Shown piece by piece: positions 11,863 to 20,000 of a DNA stretch of 20,000 nt. The DNA is from Vezdaea acicularis (taxonomy: Eukaryota). The first letter of the stretch is position 1; the number at the start of each line of letters is the position of its first letter. The notes under the pieces were generated by a model. It made no database searches. It saw only the letters and a program-made list of their open reading frames with translations, and was not told the DNA's origin. A program made the position numbers and the translations under genes. The stretch lies in contig JAPEUI010000082.1 in NCBI GenBank assembly GCA_026025075.1, positions 61,701 to 81,700 of the forward strand. The letters run 5' to 3'.

Positions 11863-13157
11863 CTTGATGAAAGTGGATGGCTATGTTGAAGATGCTAGGA
11901 AAAGGGAAAGAAAGGTTCCTCGGGACGGGGACGCCCACTAGGATGCAGTCCGTGGCAGAGGGGTTATAGCGAACAATTGCTGTAACGAGATCCTATGCAC
12001 AGTATCCACCTTTTCACATAGAAAAGCGGACACTGGTCTCAACCGTCGAGAGCAGCGAAGGGAGGGCGTTAAGGAAAGTTGTCGAGAGTCAAAAATCGGA
12101 TGAGGCCGACGGATTGGATACGCGCAACAAGCCTTCGCTTAAGGACATCCAGGTCCCTTTCGGTCCTATCTCTCCCCTTTCTCGGCTGCGTGGGACATTC
12201 TCTGGCTGTCGTCAGCAGTCTAAGCGAGTCGCCGTTACCCGTCTCAGAATGGATACACAGGGGCATCACGCGCTTTTCATACAGTCAAGTGCAAAGTCAT
12301 TCTTTATTTGCATCTTTTGACCAAACATTTAAGTATGTTTAATAGGATTTGAGAGCATGCATATCGTTCTTAGAATGACTCTTAGTCCTAGCTTTGTCTT
12401 GCTCTTGAACACGTGAATCCATTCCTGTCACTTCGGCATAGCGGGGACATCGACGTTCGAAAAAGAGCATATAAAATTAGCCCCCCAAGAAAAAGCCCGG
12501 GAATTCTCGCGGAGCAGATAGTTCAGCTAACGAGGTATTTATTTCATGCAGGTCGGCATGAAACCTGTTTTGCCTACGATGGCGGAACCCAGCTTTGTGT
12601 CGCCATTAGTTTGGCCAGATGCTTTACACCGGAGACAGGATGTTTGAGATGTGACCCCGCGAGGCTCAACCTTGAGTAGCGTCGTTGGCAGCCCTTAGAG
12701 TGCTTGAGCGCACGGAGTAGAAGGGATGGAAAACATAAAATAGCTTGAAGGCGATCCTCGATGTTCTAATCTCTCCGATGCGGATTGAAAATTCCAACGT
12801 GGCATTGTTGAGCCACCGCCGCATGCATTGGGCGTCACCCACGGTATGGTCAAGCTCCCTGTCGCTTGCGTGTTGCGTCAGCCAATGGACTGGACATGGG
12901 CCACCGCTGCCCGCGGTAAGCTAAACTGCGTTTCTGCCCAGAACACCAGATGGTGCAGAGGGTTGTAAACGCTAAATCCCTGTCAACAGCCCAAAAAATT
13001 GAGCGCTTGGTCACAGAACCACTGACGACATAATTCATCCCGCTGTCTTATCAACGACTGGAGCTCTTCCCCAGCTGTACGGGGACTGAAGAAGTCTTCG
13101 GCATCAGCTTTCATATTGATATCTGTTTCCTATCGCTTCCTCTTCCAAGCTATCACC
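11863..13157. promoter_or_regulatory. Divergent promoter region shared by glfB and glfA
   Basis: 1295 bp between head-to-head start codons with no credible ORF. Contains TAAAATTAG (12472-12480), matching the TA(A/T)4TAG MADS-box Rlm1/RlmA-type site. Confidence 0.6.
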
Positions 13158-15031
<1,874 letters not shown>

Positions 15032-15191
15032 GGAGCTTGGCTCAGCTGCCGGTGGGAAGCTTTAGAGCATCCATGGACATGTAGCGTCGAAAGGATGTTG
15101 GGGAAATAATCTGTGCTCAGGGCAGCATCGGGGGCTATAGAAGTTCTCTATTTCAGAAGCATTGCATAGCCCGTCTAACTGGTACCGAAGA

Positions 15192-15226
15192 GTTGCGTTG
15201 CGTTACGTTGCGTTATGTTGCGTTGC
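15192..15226. repeat. Imperfect pentanucleotide microsatellite (GTTGC)x7
   Basis: gttgc gttgc gttac gttgc gttat gttgc gttgc, about 160 bp downstream of the glfA stop. Confidence 0.85.
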
Positions 15227-15874
15227 ATGTTCTCTATCTGTTTCTTCGACGGACGCCCTCTAGGCGTGCCCGATCGCAATAAATGCGTCCTTGCTGTGCT
15301 CCTTACTTCACAGCACGTGAAGGTTTGTTTCAATTCATCAACACCATAAGCGGACTGAAAGTTTGTGATCCGTGAAACTGCGTGAAGCCTCCCTTTGCAC
15401 GTATCATGAACGACGTCACACATGAGGACTGCATGTTCCAAGACTTTCTCAGCTGACAACGCCTCATACGCCTCACAAGAGGCGGCAAGTGCCGCGCTGC
15501 CACGAGCCCTATGATGAAATGGCGTGAGTCTTTAGCGATGACAGTTCCTTCGCTAACGTCCCCGACAGGGTCCCGCCTTAATCGCAAGTAGTATTGCCTC
15601 GACAGGGAGTAGCATTCGATCGACAGTAACCCGCAGACGTCCGTCTCTCAATTCTGCGCCGGTGCTCAAGCGTCATCCATAACGGCGGTTCTCGAAGACC
15701 GATATCACTTATCGCACACGCTCCTCCACAAAGTCAATCCGAGGCAGAAAGGACATCATGAATTGCTCCGATTAGGTGCCCCCAAGGAGTTGGCTCAGGC
15801 GATGGACTGTGTAAGCCTGTTGCCAACGCCGCCCTCGTACCACTCGAGCCCCTTTGCCCTGTAGTATCGGGGTC

Positions 15875-18045
15875 ATGCCCGACATGACACTCGATAGCGT
15901 CGACGACGCTACGTCAGTAGAAAGCTATGTGCACCAAGATGCGATCACAATGTCGGCGTTGCGGCAAATGGAGGAAAGCACGCAGACCGCGCTCAGGAGA
16001 GCCTACCACGACCCAGAGATGACGGCCCTGATCATGTCGATGGTGGAATCACATCACAAAATTGTTTCACGATTATCGGAGGCAGAGATCGATGCAAGAC
16101 GAGCGGAACAAGAGGCAAACCGGACACTGAGATTGAAAGATGAGGCTGCAAAGGCCAAATCAATGTTTCTCGCAAACGTTTCCCACGAATTAAGAACGCC
16201 CCTGAATGGCATGATCGGAATGTCAGAACTACTGAAGCAGACGGAGATGAGCACTAAACAGTCGGATTATGTCGAGTCGATACGGGTGTGCGGCGATACA
16301 CTTCTGCAAGTCATCAACGATATACTAGACTTTTCCAAAATAGAAGCGGGCAAGATGCGAATGTTTAATGTTGCATTTAGCCTGAGGGAGGCTGTTCCCG
16401 AAGTTGTGCGTGCTGTGGGATGTATGCAACCAGCGGGCGGGAATGTTAGGACAATTGAGCAGCTTGATCTGCCGGCCACACTCGTCCACGGCGATCCTGT
16501 GCGGCTGCATCAGATATTCATGAATTTACTGAGCAACAGCTACAAATTTACTCAGAGCGGCAGTGTGACTGTTCATGGCAGAACAGACCGTGAAGACGAC
16601 TCGAGCGTGACGATTACGTGCTCTGTCGAGGACACGGGCATAGGTATCAGCGATGAACAAGTCAAGAGGCTGTTTCGACCATTTAGCCAAGCCGATAGGT
16701 AAGCTTTACAAGAAGATAAGTTAGAGATGGTTAGAACTAACGTATCGTCAGTTCTACTGGCCGAAAGTATGGGGGCAGTGGCTTGGGCCTTAGTATATGC
16801 AAGTCCCTCATCACGATTATGGGCGGCAAGATATGGATTCAATCTCGGGAAGGGCAGGGAACGACCGTCTCCTTTTCGCTCACATACCCAAAAGCAACCT
16901 CGGACTCTGTTGTGACAATCAGTGACGGCGACCCTACGGGCTCTACCACCGCAACGCCCGCAAAGGAGAGCACTGATCCGCTGGCCAAGTATTCACGGCC
17001 CGTAGATGGCGGCGAGCATGCCACAATGGCGTCTCTGAACACGCCCAATCCCGACCCTGCTACTCCGCATCACCTGGATCTCTCTGTTATACCCCGCGAT
17101 CAGATACGGATCGCAGTGGCGGAAGACAACGAGATTAATTCCAAGATTGCGGTTTCGTTTGTTGAGAAACTCGGGCTACACGTGGATGCCTTTGACAATG
17201 GACAACGGACCGTGGATGCGCTCCGGGCCGAGGCAAGAAATGGGACTCCGTATCACGTTGTTCTTATGGATGTAAGAACCTGTTCTGCTCGTGAGCAGCT
17301 TTTTGTATTGGTTACTCATGACTGTTTTTTCTAGGTGCAAATGCCTGTTTTAGATGGGTACAAAGCAACGCGGCTGCTTCGAATGGACGAAAGCAAAGAC
17401 GTCCGCGAAGTCCTGTAAGATACCTCCGCTTCTCTTTTGGCGCACCCCTTTTCTAAGCTCCTTACTGACACTCGCTCCCCTCCCAGCATCATCGCAATGA
17501 CCGCCTCCGCCATCGAAGGCGACCGCGAAAAGTGTCTCGCGGCAGGAATGAACGACTACCTCGCCAAACCCGTCCGCACCGCCGTGCTCAAGCGCATGCT
17601 AGACTCGTACCTCTGCCCGGACGACTGTTCCCCCCCCACCCCCGTCTCCGACCACCAACAAAAACCCTCTGCTATCCCGCCCGCCAATCTCGACGGCTCC
17701 TCCTCCGCCCAAGTCCACAACAGTAAACGCCCCACCTTTAATAGTACTGCCTCGTACCCCACTCCCAAAGGTAGTGCTGCTGCCGCCACCGCCCTCGGCA
17801 CAAGAGATGCTGGCGGCGTGAACTACAACACCCGCGAAGAAACCCGCCGGAAACAGAGTAGCCCGCGTCCGAAGGCGAACCGGGCGAGCACGGGAACGCC
17901 GCTGGTGGCTGCGGGGTGGGAGAATGAGATTGCGAATGCAGAGGAGAGGGAGAGCAGCGGGGGACAGAAGCGGTTGGCCGTTCGTCCGGGCTTGGTGAGT
18001 CGGTATACGGCTGCTGGGAGGGTCGAAGGGGTGGGCCGAAGATGA
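15875..18045 (+). CDS. Hybrid two-component histidine kinase (HisKA + HATPase_c + receiver), about 660 aa, no recognisable sensor domain
   Basis: Model join(15875..16698,16752..17271,17335..17414,17487..18045); three GT-AG introns restore frame. H-box [16 protein letters not shown]-box [15 protein letters not shown]1 EDTGIGI, F-box [10 protein letters not shown]2 [10 protein letters not shown]; receiver [15 protein letters not shown] (phospho-Asp), IAMTASA, YLAKPV. True 5' end uncertain; short upstream exons are possible. Confidence 0.9.
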
Positions 18046-18242
18046 GGTGGTGCTGGCGGTGGACCAGAATAGGGGAGATGGGAAAGGGAGAGAAGAGGTG
18101 TTGAAATATAAGCAGGGAGAGAGGATACGCAGAGGGGAAGTAGAGGGGAGAAAGGGGACTCCTTTCCCGAGCATCACATACACTCCGCGCGACTCCAGGC
18201 GTCCGGTGCTCGTCCCTGACCTTGTTTTCCCCCCTTTTCGAC

Positions 18243-18272
18243 TTTTTTTTTTTTCGGTGTTTTTTTTTTTTT
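18243..18272. repeat. Paired poly(T) tracts (T12 and T13)
   Basis: T at 18243-18254 and 18260-18272, separated by CGGTG, about 200 bp after the kinase stop. Confidence 0.85.
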
Positions 18273-19079
18273 CCATTGTGCCTACCTAGGGTAGTCGGAA
18301 GTGACGAAGGCGAAGGCGAGACGAGACAAGACGGGGCGAGGCGGGATATGGAGCAGAGGAGTCGAGGAGTAGATGAGCGGAGTGGGAGTGTCGAGTGCTT
18401 TTTGGAGAAAAAACCCCCAGGACTGGGTGAAAGGCAGAGCAGAGCAGAGCAGGTGAGGCTGGGCTGGGCTGGGTGGTGCAGTGCAAAGGCAAGGGCGGAG
18501 CAGAGCAGGGCAAGGACAGACCAGAATAATGGTAAGTAGATACGCATGGAATAACTCAGGGACAAAGCTTTCTTGTCGTCGGGCCGAGGGAAATGGGGAG
18601 TGTTGGGGGGGGTAATTAGATGTATGGTTGTTGTGGTCGGGAAGAAAGGGGAAAGGGGGTGCAGAGGGGAAAGGGGCGGAGAGAGTGCGGAGGGGAAAGG
18701 GAGGGGGGGGGGCGAATATCGGTATTAATCCAGAGATACAAAAAAGATTTTCGTGATTCCTGTGCTCCGCTTCCTTCCCTTCACAAGTTCTTTTGATTGA
18801 TTGGTTGGGGATGCATGCTGTTTTATTTCTCTCCCCTGTCCCCTGTCCGCCGCCCCGCCCCCCTCTTCCATGACTAACATGAATGTTCATGTATGGGGTC
18901 AGGACCTCGCTATTGTCTGCTCCGCTTCCGCGCGGCTGGGGAATGGATAAGGGAAGGGGGTCTGTCCGGCTTTGTTTGTTGGTATTGGAGATGGAGATGG
19001 GGGGATTTTTGGTTAGGGGGTGGGGGCGGGGTGGTATATTCCCTTTCCCGCCTTTTTCTCCCTTTCCCGCATCTTGAGC

Positions 19080-19111
19080 TTCACAGGTTCACAAGTTCAT
19101 AACTTCACAAC
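19080..19111. repeat. Imperfect 8-bp tandem repeat x4
   Basis: ttcacagg ttcacaag ttcataac ttcacaac. Confidence 0.7.
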
Positions 19112-19186
19112 TCCAAGTCCGCCCCTGGTCTCCCCTTCTAACTCCTTCCCCGCAAAACTACGACAACCACCACTTACTCACACCAA

Positions 19187-19251
19187 CCAACCACTCCCAC
19201 CAACCACTCCAACCAACCACTCCAACCAACCCCTCCCACCAACCACCCCCC
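19187..19251. repeat. 13-bp C-rich minisatellite x5 (CCAACCACTCCMA)
   Basis: ccaaccactccca ccaaccactccaa ccaaccactccaa ccaacccctccca ccaaccacccccc, running into a poly(C) tract. Confidence 0.85.
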
Positions 19252-20000
19252 CCCCCCACCCCCGCCTACCGGGTCCTCCAGATGCGTGAGAAGCCAAACA
19301 GGATTTGCATACCCCCAAGACCTGCCTAAAAAAACCAAGCCAAAGTTGCCTAACCCCCAAGCGACCCCCCAAGGCCGAAACCAACACAGGAGCTCTACCA
19401 GCCCTTCCCCCCCCTCTCACTCTCAGCCTCGACTCCACCGTACCGACAAGCAAATCCATCTACTCACGCCACCAATCCCCACCATCCCCACCGCCAAACG
19501 CCTCCAGAAAAAAAAAACAATCCACCGAATAGGGAACAAAAAGCTGGATCTATACGCCCTGGGACCCCCCCTGGACCCGAGACCCGATACTGCGGCAGCA
19601 GCAACAACGACAACAACAAAGACAACGCCCACCGTATGATACGACAGAAACCCGGGAGTTACCAGAGCGCGTGGCGTAATAGCTACCACGCTCATGAGCG
19701 CAAGGGGACTGGGGGGGGGGAGGGGTGGGTTAGAGTGAATGTTCCCCGTGCGAAGGGCGTGAGCCGCGTTCCTCCGCTTCATATGACTGGCTTGCCCCCC
19801 TTTCTCCCTCCCGAGGGGTGAGGGGAGAGGTGTGGTCGCAATGGAAGGAGCGAGTGTTCGAGAAGCCTCCGAGAAGCCTCCTCGAAGCGGAAGGCAAGTC
19901 CGATGGAACGAGCGTGTGGGGGCTTGGATATAACCGCGCACAAGAGAACTGGTCTGGGCGGGGTTGCTCGATTGGGGTGGGAGGGGGAAAGGAATAAGCT

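Larger units (their letters stand above)
18046..20000. other. Low-complexity region with alternating G-rich and C-rich blocks and several G-quadruplex-type motifs; no convincing gene
   Basis: G-run clusters at 18648-18676, 18692-18712, 18999-19031 and 19704-19729; C-rich blocks at about 18830-18870 and 19100-19580; short GCAGA, GGCTG and CAA-type repeats; an 11-bp direct duplication CGAGAAGCCTC at 19859-19880. Confidence 0.7.

Noticed and set aside
12069..13038. Short ORFs in the glfB-glfA spacer
   Set aside because: 60-90 aa, no recognisable motifs, mutually overlapping; consistent with chance ORFs in a promoter.
17599..18890. Long minus-strand ORFs (225, 275 and 202 aa)
   Set aside because: Low-complexity translations of purine-rich, stop-poor DNA that overlap each other and the kinase last exon; no domain signal.
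19286..19941. ORFs 19286..19639 (+), 19423..19941 (-) and short MEGASVRE...RQVRW ORF at 19841..19933
   Set aside because: Composition-driven, mostly without good ATG starts, and I could not build a consistent splice model; a small orphan gene cannot be fully excluded.
18046..20000. Telomere, transposon or CRISPR-like array in the repeat-rich end
   Set aside because: No TTAGGG array, terminal inverted repeats, LTRs, transposase/RT motifs or repeat-spacer periodicity.

Overview
Gene-dense, intron-containing fungal DNA (filamentous ascomycete style: 50-70 nt GT-AG introns with CTRAY-type branch points). The six-frame ORF track fragments every gene, so I rebuilt spliced models by hand. Left to right: 5' end of a BIR-domain IAP/survivin homologue (BIR1, minus strand, runs off the window); TAM41 mitochondrial CDP-DAG synthase (+); HtrA-like serine protease NMA111 (+); a TBC Rab-GAP (+); the known divergent galactofuranose pair, UDP-Galf transporter glfB/ugtA (-) and UDP-galactopyranose mutase glfA/ugmA (+); a hybrid histidine kinase (+) with intact HisKA/HATPase/receiver but no room for a sensor region; then about 2 kb of low-complexity, strand-skewed G/C-rich DNA. 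Best leads: (1) the kinase looks like the isolated C-terminal module of a group X (CHK1-type) kinase; (2) BIR1 and NMA111, an inhibitor-of-apoptosis protein and the protease that degrades it in yeast, lie 3 kb apart and share upstream motifs; (3) NMA111 has an open in-frame 91-codon upstream extension resembling a mitochondrial presequence. All three are inferences needing database or expression checks. No mobile element, RNA gene or CRISPR array was found.
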